A stretch of DNA of 63,670 nucleotides, filler included, from Octopus bimaculoides (GCF_001194135.2; 5 parts of 5 records of this genome joined end to end with filler, not necessarily neighbours in it), one strand, 5' to 3'. Shown: positions 48,982-61,560, numbered from the whole stretch's first letter. Numbers and translations are program-made. Notes: generated by a model not told the origin, from the letters alone.

Positions 48982-50655
48982 TGTATGTATGTATGTACGT
49001 ACGTACGTATGTATGTGTGAATGTATGTATATCTGTGTGTATGTATATATATATAAAACACACATGCACACACAATTCTAAATTTGTATATACATACTAA
49101 TGTACATCACTCACATATACATCAAATGCACACACACACACACATACACAAACATGCAATTCTGTGTTTTTTTTATACACGTACATACACATGTGCATCA
49201 CATACACATACACACATGCTCATACACATGTACGCACCAGCCACACACATAAACACCTGACACATATAGGCACACATGCGCATCTATGCAAACACACCCA
49301 CACACATATGCACACCCACATGCAGACTCACAGACAAACACACACACATACACACTCACACACACACGCATACAGACATGTATATAAAGGTGTGGATCAT
49401 AAATAAATGAAATTTCGAAAGTTAAATTTAATTACCTGGTACATAATTAGATGAGATTTCCTAAAAATTGATTAATTGCCGTTGTTGTTGTTGTTGTTGT
49501 TGGTGGTGGTATTAGCAGCAGCAGAGTAGTGACAGTGGTGGCTGTGGTGAAGTCGGTTGAAGTAGTAGTAGTTGTAGTAGTAGTAGTAACGAAGACGAAA
49601 ACAAAATTTCCAAAGAATTAGAGAGGAAAGTAGCACTCTGTATGAAAGACAAAGATAACGGGAGCTTGACGACGATGACGATGATGATGACGATGATGAT
49701 AGTGATGATTGTGGTGGTGGTGGTGGTGGTGGTAACTGTGAGTGGGGAATGGACGAGGGAAATACGAAGAGGCAGACGGACAATGACTGAAGGGGAGCAG
49801 AAAATGAACCAACGAAAGGAAGTTGACCAAAGCTGATGTGTTTAGAAGTGGTGGCACTCTGGCTGGAGAAGATAGAGTGTGTGTGTGTGTGCGTGTGTGT
49901 GTATGTGTTCTGTGTGTATGTGAACTTGTCTATGTGTACTTGTATCCAACTAGCAATATATAGTTGATTAATGAGAGAGAAATTGAAGATGGAAAGTAGT
50001 AATAAATATGTACATGTATATCTATATATATATATATATATCCGTTTACTCCATTCTTTATATTTATATATATATATANNNNNNNNNNNNNNNNNNNNNN
50101 NNNNNNNNNNNNNNNNNNNNNNNNNNNNNNNNNNNNNNNNNNNNNNNNNNNNNNNNNNNNNNNNNNNNNNNNNNNNNNNNNNNNNNNNNNNNNNNNNNNN
50201 NNNNNNNNNNNNNNNNNNNNNNNNNNNNNNNNNNNNNNNNNNNNNNNNNNNNNNNNNNNNNNNNNNNNNNNNNNNNNNNNNNNNNNNNNNNNNNNNNNNN
50301 NNNNNNNNNNNNNNNNNNNNNNNNNNNNNNNNNNNNNNNNNNNNNNNNNNNNNNNNNNNNNNNNNNNNNNNNNNNNNNNNNNNNNNNNNNNNNNNNNNNN
50401 NNNNNNNNNNNNNNNNNNNNNNNNNNNNNNNNNNNNNNNNNNNNNNNNNNNNNNNNNNNNNNNNNNNNNNNNNNNNNNNNNNNNNNNNNNNNNNNNNNNN
50501 NNNNNNNNNNNNNNNNNNNNNNNNNNNNNNNNNNNNNNNNNNNNNNNNNNNNNNNNNNNNNNNNNNNNNNNNNNNNNNNNNNNNNNNNNNNNNNNNNNNN
50601 NNNNNNNNNNNNNNNNNNNNNNNNNNNNNNNNNNNNNNNNNNNNNNNNNNNNNNN

Positions 50656-50711
<56 letters not shown>

Positions 50712-50891
50712 AGAATGGAGGGAATGAAGTGATATGATAAAAATGAAGGGAAATGAATGAAACCGAAGGAATGAAAATAGTGATTTAGTAGGAAAGGAAT
50801 GATGTGAATAAATGGAGATGAAGAATTTCTGGAAAATATAAAATATAAAAGAAAACGAAGGAGTAATTGAAAGAGAAGGAAATTTAACCCG

Positions 50892-51300
50892 GCAAAGGTG
50901 TGTGGTAAGAAGCTTGCTTCCCAACCACGTCATTCCAGGTTCAGTCCCACTGTGTGACACCTTGGGCAAGTGTCTTCTACTATAGCCCGATGCTGACCAA
51001 ATCCTTGTGAGTGGGTCTGGTAGACAGAAACTGAAAGGCGGTGAGCTGGCAGAACCGTTAGCACACCAGGCGAAATGCTTAGCAGTATTTCATCTGCTAT
51101 TATGTTTTGAGTTCAAATTCCGCTGAGGTCAGCTTTGCCTTTCATCCTTTTGGGGTTGATAAATTAAGTACCAGTTACGCACTGGGGTCGATGTAATCGA
51201 CTTAATTCCTTTGTCTGTCCTTGTTTGTCCCCTCTATGTTTAGCCCCTTGTGGGCAATAAAGAAACAAGAAACTGAAGGAAGCCTGAGATGTGTGTATGT
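50892..51300 (+). mobile_element. Family B SINE interrupted by a family A SINE (51037-51267) with a 10-bp TSD
   Basis: AGAAACTGAA at 51026-51035 and again at 51268-51277. The family B sequence resumes as GGAAGCC. Confidence 0.85.
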
Positions 51301-51321
51301 GTATATACATACATACACACG

Positions 51322-51366
<45 letters not shown>

Positions 51367-51419
51367 TGAGAAAATATAGTCAACAGAAGTACGTTTAGAC
51401 AACATAGATCCACATATAC

Positions 51420-51830
51420 ACAGGATTTAAATTAAGCAACTGTTTACCTGTATAATGGGATCCAGTTGTATATCCTCAGGTGATATACAATCGCTGTCTC
51501 CATTAGTAAATCTTACTCACTGTTCCCAGGGCTCCGACATTTATTGGTACTACTACCACCTTTTTCATCGACCACAACTGCTTAACCTCCCAAGCTAACC
51601 TGTCATATCTATCAACTTTTCTTTCTTCCTTATCGCATACCTTGTTGTCAGCTGGGCATGCTATATTTATGATTCACCATAGTTTGTTTTCTTTCTCAAT
51701 TAAGACTATGTCTGGCTTCCTATACTCTATCTCATGGTCGCACTGAATCATAAAATCCCTCAGGATCTTTGCATTATCATTTTCAATGATGCCTTCGGGT
51801 TTATGTTCATCCCATTTTCATGAAAATGAA
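51420..51830 (-). mobile_element. R4/Dong-like LINE, RLE endonuclease region, pseudogenised
   Basis: WDEHKPEGIIENDNAKILRDFMIQCDHEIEYRKPDIVLIEKENKLW*IINIACPAD...EVKQLWSMKKVVVVPINVGALG. Confidence 0.85.
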
Positions 51831-51862
51831 AATAATAATGTCAGTGATGATAATAATAATAA

Positions 51863-52290
51863 TGAAAGGAAGCAGTTTGAATCTCCTCATGTCCTGGTTG
51901 ACATTGAATCTAGTGATGGTGTCACAATAAAAACACTGGTAATTGCACAACCTCATAATCGCTACCTCACATGAGTGACAAGGAAAAGACAAAATATTGT
52001 GAATAATGTTGGTAATGAAACTGAAGCCCTTGATGGTGACATTGTTGCACCTGGCAGGCTCAGAGATATTGGTCTGACTCCAGCCTGTGGTTATCCAGCA
52101 AGGGACCAGCACACACAGTGTAGATGGAACAGACAAGTCAATGCTGTGGTCATGGAATGTTCCTACCTAAGAAACCCTGTAGACAAAAATGGTGTTCATA
52201 TTAGGGAATACCGATCATATTAGGGGATATGTACGATCAATGGAGAGAAAGAGGATTGTTTCAACTCACAGAACAGAAATTATTGTTGTT
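51863..52290 (+). mobile_element. 5' region / ORF N-terminus of an R4/Dong-like LINE
   Basis: Begins after (TAA)n. RWNRQVNAVVMECSYLRNP...REYR and frameshifted MYDQWRERGLFQLTEQKL resemble the N-terminal block of this clade. Confidence 0.6.
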
Positions 52291-53024
52291 GTTGTTGTTG
52301 TTGTTGTTGTTATTATTATTATTGTTATTATTATTATTGTTATTATTATTATCATTATAAACTGTAACAATATCAGAGGTGTCTGCTTCTGGTTTAAGAT
52401 TGAAAAGAGAAATAGAGAGGAGGTGAATCATTTTGATTCATTCTGTTATATGGAAATGAATGTAAAAAGGGTGCCTAATATTAAAGAGTGTAATTTTATA
52501 TGGCAAGATAAGGTGTGTAGCTAGGAACTATGGAGAGTGTATGATTGCTCCTGGCAAATAGTTAAATATTGATTCCTTCAGTCAGAAAAAGTATTATCTC
52601 CCAATGTTGTCACTTTGACAAGAGGTACTTGTCGAAGTGACGGCATTTTGTGAACATCTCTGATATGACATTTGAATAGTTTGCAGTGGTATTAAGATTG
52701 AGTATGAGGCTCTTAAATATGTATTCATACACACACACACACACACACACACACTCATAGAGAGAGAGATCTGTGTTTGTATGTATATGTGTGTGGGTGT
52801 GTGTGTGTGTGTGTATATATATATAAGAGACTGCTTTCTTCCAAGGAATCTAGTGCTCTTAGCTTAGTTTTTCCTTGGGGCTAGTCAGATTGGAGCAATT
52901 TCGAGTTTAACCAGCCAAAATAACAAAGATAATTTAGAACTCGACTGAGAAAAGAAAACTTCAAATGAGCCGTCCTTGTTTTTTATATATATATGTATAT
53001 ATATGCATGTGTGTGTGTGTGTGT

Positions 53025-54285
53025 GTGTGCGTGGCAGATGCACAGGTGCAATAAACACTGAAAATTTGCAGAAAACAGCTTCTGTCACATACCAAGAGGA
53101 GAAACTAGTAGTTGATAGCTTCCGTTACCTAGGTAACCAAGTCAGTAGCGGGGGTGGATGCTCTGAGAGCATAGATGCTAGAATAAGTATAGCCTGGGCA
53201 AAGTTCAGAGAGCTTCTGCCTCTGCCAGTAACAAAGGGCCTCTCATTCAGAGTGAAGGATAGACTGTATGATGCATGTGTGCAAACTGCCATGCTACATG
53301 GCAGTGAAACATGGGCTGTGATGCTGAGGACATGCGTAAGGTTGCAAGAAATGAAGCTAGTATGCTCCACTGGATGTGTAATGTCAGTGTGCATACACAA
53401 CAGAATGTGAGCACCCTAAGAGAAAAGTTGGACATAAGAAGCATCAGATGTGGTGTGCAAGAGAGATGACTGCTGGTTTGGTCATGTGTTGTGTATGGAT
53501 GAGGACAGCTGTGTGAAAAAGTGTCACACCCTAACAGTGGAGGGAGCCTATGAAAGAGGTAGACCCAGGAAGTACTGGGACGAGATGGTGTAGCATGACC
53601 TTCAAATGTTGGGTCTCACAGAGGCAATGACAAGTGACCAAGACCTTTGGAGATATGCTGTGCTTGAGAAGACCTGGCAAGCCAAGTGAGACCATAACTG
53701 TAGCCTATGCCAGTGTCACATAATCGGCGCATTTAAGAATACTCTTCAATCATTGGGCAATATACTGTGCTTAAGAAGTCCTGTTGACTCAAGTGAAATC
53801 ATTGTCATGGACGATGCCAGTACTGCCTGACTGGCACCAAAGCCAGTGGCACATTAAAAGTACCATTCAAGCATGGTCAATGCCAATCCCACCAAACTGG
53901 CTCCTATACCAGTGACACGTAAAAAGCACCATATGAACATGGTTGTTGCCAGTGCCACCTGACTGGCTCCCATGCCAGTGGCACGTAAAAAGTACCATTC
54001 AAGTGTGGTCATTGCCAGTGCTGCTTGACTGGCTCCCATGCCGGTAGCATGTAAAAAGCACCATTCAAGTGTGGTTGATGCCTGATTGGCCCCCATCCCA
54101 GTGGCACGTAGAAAGCACCCACTACACTCTCAGAGTGGTTGACATTAGGAAGGGCATCGATCTGTAGAAACCTTGCCAGATCAGATTGGAGCTTGGTGCA
54201 GCCTCCTGGCTTGCCAGTCCTCTGTCAAACCGTCCAACCCATGCTAGCATGGAAAGTAGACGTTAAACGATGATAATGATGTATA
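53025..54285 (+). mobile_element. RTE-clade LINE, 5'-truncated, complete 3'UTR and (GAT)n-like tail
   Basis: GRCTGAINT...DSFRYLGNQVSSGGGCSESI.ARI.IAWAKFRELLP...MLHGSETWAV, with frameshifts downstream. The 3'UTR has 66-bp repeats and ends GACGTTAAACGATGATAATGAT. Confidence 0.92.
53816..54120 (+). repeat. About 4.5 tandem 66-bp units in the RTE 3'UTR
   Basis: Unit starts at 53816, 53882, 53948, 54014 and about 54078. Consensus GCCAGTG-N5-GACTGGCTCCCATGCCAGTGGCACGTAAAAAGCACCATTCAAGTGTGGTCATT. Confidence 0.8.
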
Positions 54286-54291
54286 TATATA

Positions 54292-54334
<43 letters not shown>

Positions 54335-54338
<4 letters not shown>

Positions 54339-54530
54339 AATTCAAATAAACGAACATAAAAATTAACAATAACAGACAACAAGCGGATGTGTGCAAGGAG
54401 TATATTAGTTTGACACTTGGTATGAAGAGAGAGTTTTTGACGTTTTGATTATAGCTCTTTGTCAGAAAGGAGAAAGGTAAAAGTTCACAGAAGGAAAAGA
54501 AATCACTAACAGCATGTGTGTAGTTGCATT
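54335..54530 (-). mobile_element. Penelope-like pLTR remnant with a mutated hammerhead core
   Basis: Minus strand CTCCTTT-CTGACAA-AGAGCTATAATC-AAAA-CG-TC-AAAAACTC, followed by a T-rich end and (TA)n. Confidence 0.55.
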
Positions 54531-54540
54531 NNNNNNNNNN

Positions 54541-54575
<35 letters not shown>

Positions 54576-54784
54576 AATTCAAATAAACGAACATAAAAAT
54601 TAACAATAACAGACAACAAGCGGATGTGTGCAAGGAGTATATTAGTTTGACACTTGGTATGAAGAGAGAGTTTTTGACGTTTTGATTATAGCTCTTTGTC
54701 AGAAAGGAGAAAGGTAAAAGTTCACAGAAGGAAAAGAAATCACTAACAGCATGTGTGTAGTTGCATTGCGCGCGCACACACACA

Positions 54785-54861
<77 letters not shown>

Positions 54862-55689
54862 GGTAAACGAAAGACAAAAGAAGGACTATACGAGAAATTT
54901 TATTATTAAGCACAATTGTTTCAACATCTAGAATCGATCCCTCATGGTGGGACACTCAACAACTGGTTCAGGAGCATCCAGCAATGCAGATGTGTCTCAT
55001 TGTGTGATAAATATATACAACTCATGAAAATAACAGTTCCGCAATGTTTCTTCTCATTTTGTAGGAAGAAAAGCAACAAAATGAAGGAAATATTTTCATT
55101 TATATAGAAGAGCAAAAATAAAATCACAGATGCAAAAAAGAAACGAACATGCAATACAGCAAGAACAGTATTAGAAATAACCGTTAACAGATAAGACTGT
55201 ATAAATGCCCTCACGCAAGCTGCATGGCACGTGTACATATGTGTATGTATGCATGTAAAAGATATATCAATATATATATCAAAAGGATATGTTATAATAT
55301 TCCACATACACAAAAACAGCCATACCAACAATCCAGCACACCTCCATCATCAGCTGCCCCACGGATATCATTATGGTTTTGACAACTGAGCAGTACCATT
55401 CAATCCAGTGGTGTATATATGTATACACACACCTTCTCATACATACTACATCAATTAACCAATTACCTCTGAATTGTTTTTAAATTCTTTCAGTTTTAAG
55501 CAATGACATTTGCCCTGGCATCCACCTCTGCCCCCTTCCTTACTTCCGATTCCCTCTCAACTTCTGCTCTGATAACTTATTTTTAAATTTCATTTTTCAT
55601 CATTTTATATGCTTTCAACAGCTTTTACAAACATCATCGAATGTTTTATACCAATTTTCCCCAGGCTCTATGTAACAAATTTGCTGTTT

Positions 55690-56014
55690 TAAAGAGATCA
55701 AGATTTAAACCTTCCATCAAAGTTTCATGTTAAATTTATGTTCCAAAACACCAGATTAATGACAAAGTTATTTTAGTAAATTCTTCACTATTTTCAAAAT
55801 CTATTGGAAAACAATCAGTGTACTTCGGCAAAAATGTGGCAACAAAAAGGTTAAAGTGATCTAAATTGAAATCTGACATCAAAATATATTAATTTATGTT
55901 TCAAATACCAGTTTGATTATGGTAAAGTTATTTTAGTAAATTCTTCGCTATTGTCAAAATTTATTGGAAAACAATCAGTGTACTTCAACAGAAATATAGT
56001 AACAAAAGGGTTAG
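55690..56014 (-). mobile_element. Two tandem partial piggyBac-type MITE copies, period about 160 bp
   Basis: Both contain AAGTTATTTTAGTAAATTCTTC...GGAAAACAATCAGTGTACTTC and end AAAAGGTTAA or AAAAGGGTTAG. Confidence 0.6.
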
Positions 56015-56447
56015 AGGTTTGTTTAAAGGAATGGTTAGTCAAATGTGATGTTGCAAATCGACTTTATCTGTTAAGCTATTGTAAAAGATTTTATTGATTA
56101 ATTGGTTAAGTCTCATTAGAAAGCAATATTTATGGAAGAATTTGGGAATATCATGAATATTACTAGTCATGGTGAGTGACCTTTTGTGGGTGGCATTGTC
56201 AATGTGTGTAATTATTGTCATCATCATCATCATCATCATTTTGTCATCGTCGTCATTGTCTGTCACGATCATCATCATCATCAGTTGCCATCACCACCAT
56301 TATTGTCATCATTCTCATTATCATCATCATTGTTTTAACATCTATTTTTGTATGCCTGCATGGATTAGATGAGAACTTTATTGAGGCAGAATTTTCTGAA
56401 AGTGGCGTATTTTCTTATTGAAATACATTTTCATCAGTATTATATGC

Positions 56448-56930
56448 TTAACTCTTTCGTTACCATACTTATTTTGAGATGCTCTGTGTTTCTTTCAATT
56501 AATTTTAAATATAACAAAGAATTTAGTAAAATAAGTTGGTTATCATTCAGCTATTTTTAGGAACATAAATTGTGACTCAGGTTTGGTGGAATATTTTAAT
56601 CCAAAACTTATGAAAACAAGGCATTTGTAACTCAGAGCTAGAGGCAGTTTCAGCTGGGTTGGTATTAAAAGGGTTAAGAATTGTTTCTCTATTGTATATT
56701 CTAACCGTTTTGTTACCATATTTCTGTTGAGATATTCTGTGTTTCTTTCAATTAATTTGAAATATAACAAAGAATTTAGTAAAATAACTTAGTTATCATT
56801 AAGCTAGTGTTAGGAACATAAATTGTGCCTATAGTTTGGTGAAAGATTTTAATTCAAAACTTATGAAAACAAAACATTTGTACTACAGAGCCAGAGGCGG
56901 TTTCAGCCAGGCTGGTAACGAAAGGGTTAA
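56448..56930 (+). mobile_element. Two tandem piggyBac-type MITEs (56448-56677, 56701-56930)
   Basis: TTAACTCTTTCGTTACC...AAAAGGGTTAA and CTAACCGTTTTGTTACC...GGTAACGAAAGGGTTAA. Interiors are near-identical. Confidence 0.75.
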
Positions 56931-57236
56931 AGGTTTGTTTGAACACATACATACATGCATACACACACAAATACACACACACACATACATACATACACAC
57001 ACATACATGCATACATACATACATATCAGAGAGAGAAAGGCAGAGTACAGGCTTCCATACAGTTTCTGTCTGCCAAATCCACTAGCAAGGCACTGGTCAA
57101 CTTAGGGGCTACAGTACAAGACATGTGCTCAGTGCTGTACAGTGGGTCTGAACTTGAAACCACAGAGTTTTAAAGTGAACTTCTTAACCCCACAGCCATG
57201 TAAGTAATGACAACAACAACAATAATAATAATAACA

Positions 57237-57286
<50 letters not shown>

Positions 57287-57289
57287 CCT

Positions 57290-57627
57290 TTTTAAAATAG
57301 ACACAGAGCCAGCAATTCTTATGGGGTGGAGGCTAGTCAATTACATCAATCCTAGTGCTCTACTGGTACTTATTTTATCAGCCCCACAAGGATGAAAGAC
57401 ACAGTCAACCTGAGTGGTATTGAAACTCAGGCCTGAAATTTGTGGGGAGGGGACCAGTTGATTATATCGACCCCAGTATTTCACTGGTACTTCATTCATC
57501 GACCCTGAAAGGATGAAAGGCAAAATCAACCTTGATGGGATTTGAACTCAGAACAAAAGCGATGGGTGAAATACTGTTAAGCATTTCATCCAGCATGCTA
57601 ATGATTCTGCCAGCTTGCCACCTTTAA
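57290..57627 (-). mobile_element. Two stacked family A SINEs
   Basis: Core ACTGGTAC..ATTT..CGACCC..AAGGATGAAAG occurs twice, bounded by (TAA)n. A decayed family B copy lies at about 57045-57200. Confidence 0.7.
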
Positions 57628-57749
57628 TAATAATAATAATAATAATAATNNNNNNNNNNNNNNNNNNNNNNNNNNNNNNNNNNNNNNNNNNNNTTAATTA
57701 ATTAANNNNNNNNNNNNNNNNNNNNNNNNNNNNNNNNNNNNNNNNNNNN

Positions 57750-57804
<55 letters not shown>

Positions 57805-58110
57805 GTGAGTAGGGACGATTGACTGCAATCTCTAGCAGGCAGGTGTCCAGCACTGATGAAGGATGAAGACCAAGAAACCATGGTCTACTTGTCTTGCCAA
57901 GCTGGAGAGGAGTGATTCGCCCCCTTACTCACAATATACCGGACACAGGTTGTGTGTCGTTAACCAACTGGAAAAGACGTAATAACGTAATAAGAGGAAT
58001 GATCACTAAAGGGGATTCCTAATATGCTAAAGATAGACGTCAAATCGCCTTACCACGAAGAGTGCGCTCCTTAGAAAAATCTCAGCAATTTCTACTCTCA
58101 TTATTTAATT
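57805..58110 (+). mobile_element. Probable Penelope-like pLTR with hammerhead-like motif
   Basis: CTGATGA (57853-57859), GAAA (57874-57877), palindromic CCATGG, then TC. CpG-rich island between (TA)n runs. Confidence 0.45.
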
Positions 58111-60561
58111 TTATATAGATATATAGATACATATATATATATATATACACACACATACATATGCATACATTTGTATACATGTATTTGCGTATATACATAT
58201 AAACATCCATGTGTTTATACATAAATAGTTGTATACACACACACGCTCACAGGTTTACATATAGGTGTGTGTGTGTGTATGCGTGTGTGTGTGTAAGCGT
58301 GTATGGATGTGTGCACTTGTGTAGATGGATGGATGGATGGATGGATGGATGGATGGATGGATGGATGGATGACGAGCTTCTTCACAAGCCTAGGTATACT
58401 CACGCACGCACATATACACAAACAGAAATAATCTTTATGACATAAATTTTCTTCTAGCCGTATGTACACAGATGTACATATACCTGCATTTTCATGCTTT
58501 TTTATGAGGTTTTTTTTGCTGCTCTTATTTTTATTGTAGATGTTGTTTGTAATTCTTATATTCAATAACAAACAACGATTGGTCAACCATCCACCCATCC
58601 ACTCACCTTCCCATACACATAGCATGAAAAACATAAAAGAAAATGGGTAGAAAACAAACCATACAATATTGAATTTAGAAGGTTTTTTTCTTTGCACGAA
58701 TCGGATTTATATAGATTCTTAAGGAAATTGGGCGCGTTGGGTATATGGTGGTGGTGGTGGTGGTCGTCGTCGTCGTCGTCGTCGTCGTCGTGGTCGTGAT
58801 GGTGGTCGTGGTTATGGTGGTGGTGGTGGCAGCAGTAGTGGTGGTAGTGGTGGTGATGGCGGTTCAGAAATGTGAAAATCTCGTTCACCTTCCTTTCACC
58901 TAACAAACACACACACACACACTTATACTCNNNNNNNNNNNNNNNNNNNNNNNNNNNNNNNNNNNNNNNNNNNNNNNNNNNNNNNNNNNNNNNNNNNNNN
59001 NNNNNNNNNNNNNNNNNNNNNNNNNNNNNNNNNNNNNNNNNNNNNNNNNNNNNNNNNNNNNNNNNNNNNNNNNNNNNNNNNNNNNNNNNNNNNNNNNNNN
59101 NNNNNNNNNNNNNNNNNNNNNNNNNNNNNNNNNNNNNNNNNNNNNNNNNNNNNNNNNNNNNNNNNNNNNNNNNNNNNNNNNNNNNNNNNNNNNNNNNNNN
59201 NNNNNNNNNNNNNNNNNNNNNNNNNNNNNNNNNNNNNNNNNNNNNNNNNNNNNNNNNNNNNNNNTGTGTACATATATGTATTACATGTGTACATGTGTGT
59301 GTATGAAGGTGAATGTGTATGTGTGTGTGTAGTTGTACGTGTGTATGCGTGTGTATTTGTACGTGTGTATGAGTGAACGAAGGTGCGATGGTTTATTTTG
59401 TATGTCTGTGTGTTTAGAGTTTGTGCGTATGCGGCTTTTTTCTTTGTGTGTGCGTATATGTGTGTACGTTTGTGCGTTTGTATGTGTGTTTATGAGTGAA
59501 CAAAGGTAAGGCACTTTACGTTGTATGTGTTTGTGTTTATGTGGGTGTCTGTGTAAGCGTGCGTGCGTTTGTGTGTTGTGTGTGTGTGTGTGTGTGTGTG
59601 TGTGCTTGTGTGTGTGTCCATGTGTGTGTGTGTATTTGTGTGTGTGTGATTTTCTGTGTGTGCCTGTGTATGTGATTGTGTGTGTGTTTCTGTGTGTGTC
59701 CGTGTGTGTGTGTTTGCGCGTTTGTGTGTGTGTTTGTATGATATGGAAAAAATCAACATAGATCAAAAACTGGGATTTTATTTTTCAACAACAACTACAG
59801 CCATAACAACAACAACAACAACAATGACAACAACAACGACGACGATGATGACAACAACGAAACCAACTTAGGTGCTTCTCCGTGGTCATTAGACTTGCTA
59901 GAAATAACAACTAAATCTTGCTCAAACCACAGATCACACACACACGCCTTATACAAAAAAATAATAATAATAAAGAACTGATTCACTAATCTAATCCGGG
60001 TTAGACAATCCTTGATAAAATACAAAGGCAGGGTGGGCACTGTTTCAGGGGCTTTTGATTTTGTCATCTCGATCAAATTTTGTGTGGGCCCAAACAACAA
60101 TAAAGACAACAACAACAACAATAGCAACAACAACAGCTGTCTTTGGTGTTGACTGTGATATAAAGGTACTGTTTGTATATTGTTCATTTACATAGACAGG
60201 TGGTACACACGCACACACACACACACACACATATGTATATATATATATATNNNNNNNNNNNNNNNNNNNNNNNNNNNNNNNNNNNNNNNNNNNNNNNNNN
60301 NNNNNNNNNNNNNNNNNNNNNNNNNNNNNNNNNNNNNNNNNNNNNNNNNNNNNNNNNNNNNNNNNNNNNNNNNNNNNNNNNNNNNNNNNNNNNNNNNNNN
60401 NNNNNNNNNNNNNNNNNNNNNNNNNNNNNNNNNNNNNNNNNNNNNNNNNNNNNNNNNNNNNNNNNNNNNNNNNNNNNNNNNNNNNNNNNNNNNNNNNNNN
60501 NNNNNNNNNNNNNNNNNNNNNNNNNNNNNNNNNNNNNNNNNNNNNNNNNNNNNNNNNNNNN

Positions 60562-60602
<41 letters not shown>

Positions 60603-61147
60603 GCACACACGCGTACAGATCTATACACGCATGCGCAGATCCATATGCAGAAACACGTGCACACATGCAGTCCATGAACACACGCCGCACATACATAGTC
60701 ACACGAACACAATTCTAATAGCCATCGTCGCCACCTGCACCGCCATCTTTGCCGCTCCCAAGCAGCACCGGCTGAGGAGACATTCGATCGGTTTCAATAG
60801 CAGCCAAATCTCCCTCAAAATGTATTCTACTGCCATAAAAATAAGTTAAATAAAGGGACACGTTAGACGATGCTGGAGATTCTGGGTCTATCGTTTGTTT
60901 CAGTCATTGAACTGCGGCCATACTGGAGCACCGCATCGAAGGGGTTTTTTGTCGAACAAATCGAACCCAGCGCTTAATTTTGAGTTTGGTAATTGATGCA
61001 TTGGTCCTTGTGCCGAAATGCTAAATTACGGAGGACGGGAGTCTGGGGATGGGGTGATTTCAAAGAGACGTGATAGTCGTGGGTGGAATACTCTTGGTTA
61101 TATATCGACTTAGTCAGGACGGAACCGGAGCTAAATAACAACCGCAG

Positions 61148-61560
61148 CTACTCACCACCACCACTACTACCACCACCACTACTGCTACTACCACCACCAC
61201 CACCACTACCACCTACTACTACTATCATCACCACCACAACTACTACCACTACTATTACCACCATTACCACCACCTGAACCATCACCACCACCACTACTGT
61301 TACTACGACTACTACTACTACTATTACTACCACCAACACAACCAGAACCACCACTACCAGAACCATCACCACCACCACTACTACTGCTACTACTACTACT
61401 ACTATTTCTACCGCCAGAACCACCACCACCACTACTACTACCACCACCACCACCACCACCACCTCAACCAGAATTACTACCACCAGAACCATCACCACCA
61501 CCACCACCAGAACCATCATCACCACCACTACTAGTACTACTACTACTACTACTATTGTTT
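61148..61560. repeat. (ACC)n/(ACT)n mosaic with recurrent ACCAGAACCATCACC units
   Basis: Read directly. The poly-V ORF in the track is a by-product of this repeat. Confidence 0.85.

Noticed and set aside
53816-54120. CRISPR-like regularly spaced palindromic repeats
   Set aside because: The whole 66-bp unit repeats with no unique spacers, there are no cas genes, and it lies in a LINE 3'UTR.
54309-54767. About 230-bp exact tandem duplication of the PLE remnant, which would mimic a dimeric hammerhead
   Set aside because: Split by a 10-N gap and identical even at the decay mutations, so it is probably an assembly artefact.
58720-58870. Poly-His/Asp and similar homopolymer ORFs (also 49472-49857 and 61148-61528)
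   Set aside because: Trinucleotide microsatellite mosaics with no splice or domain context.
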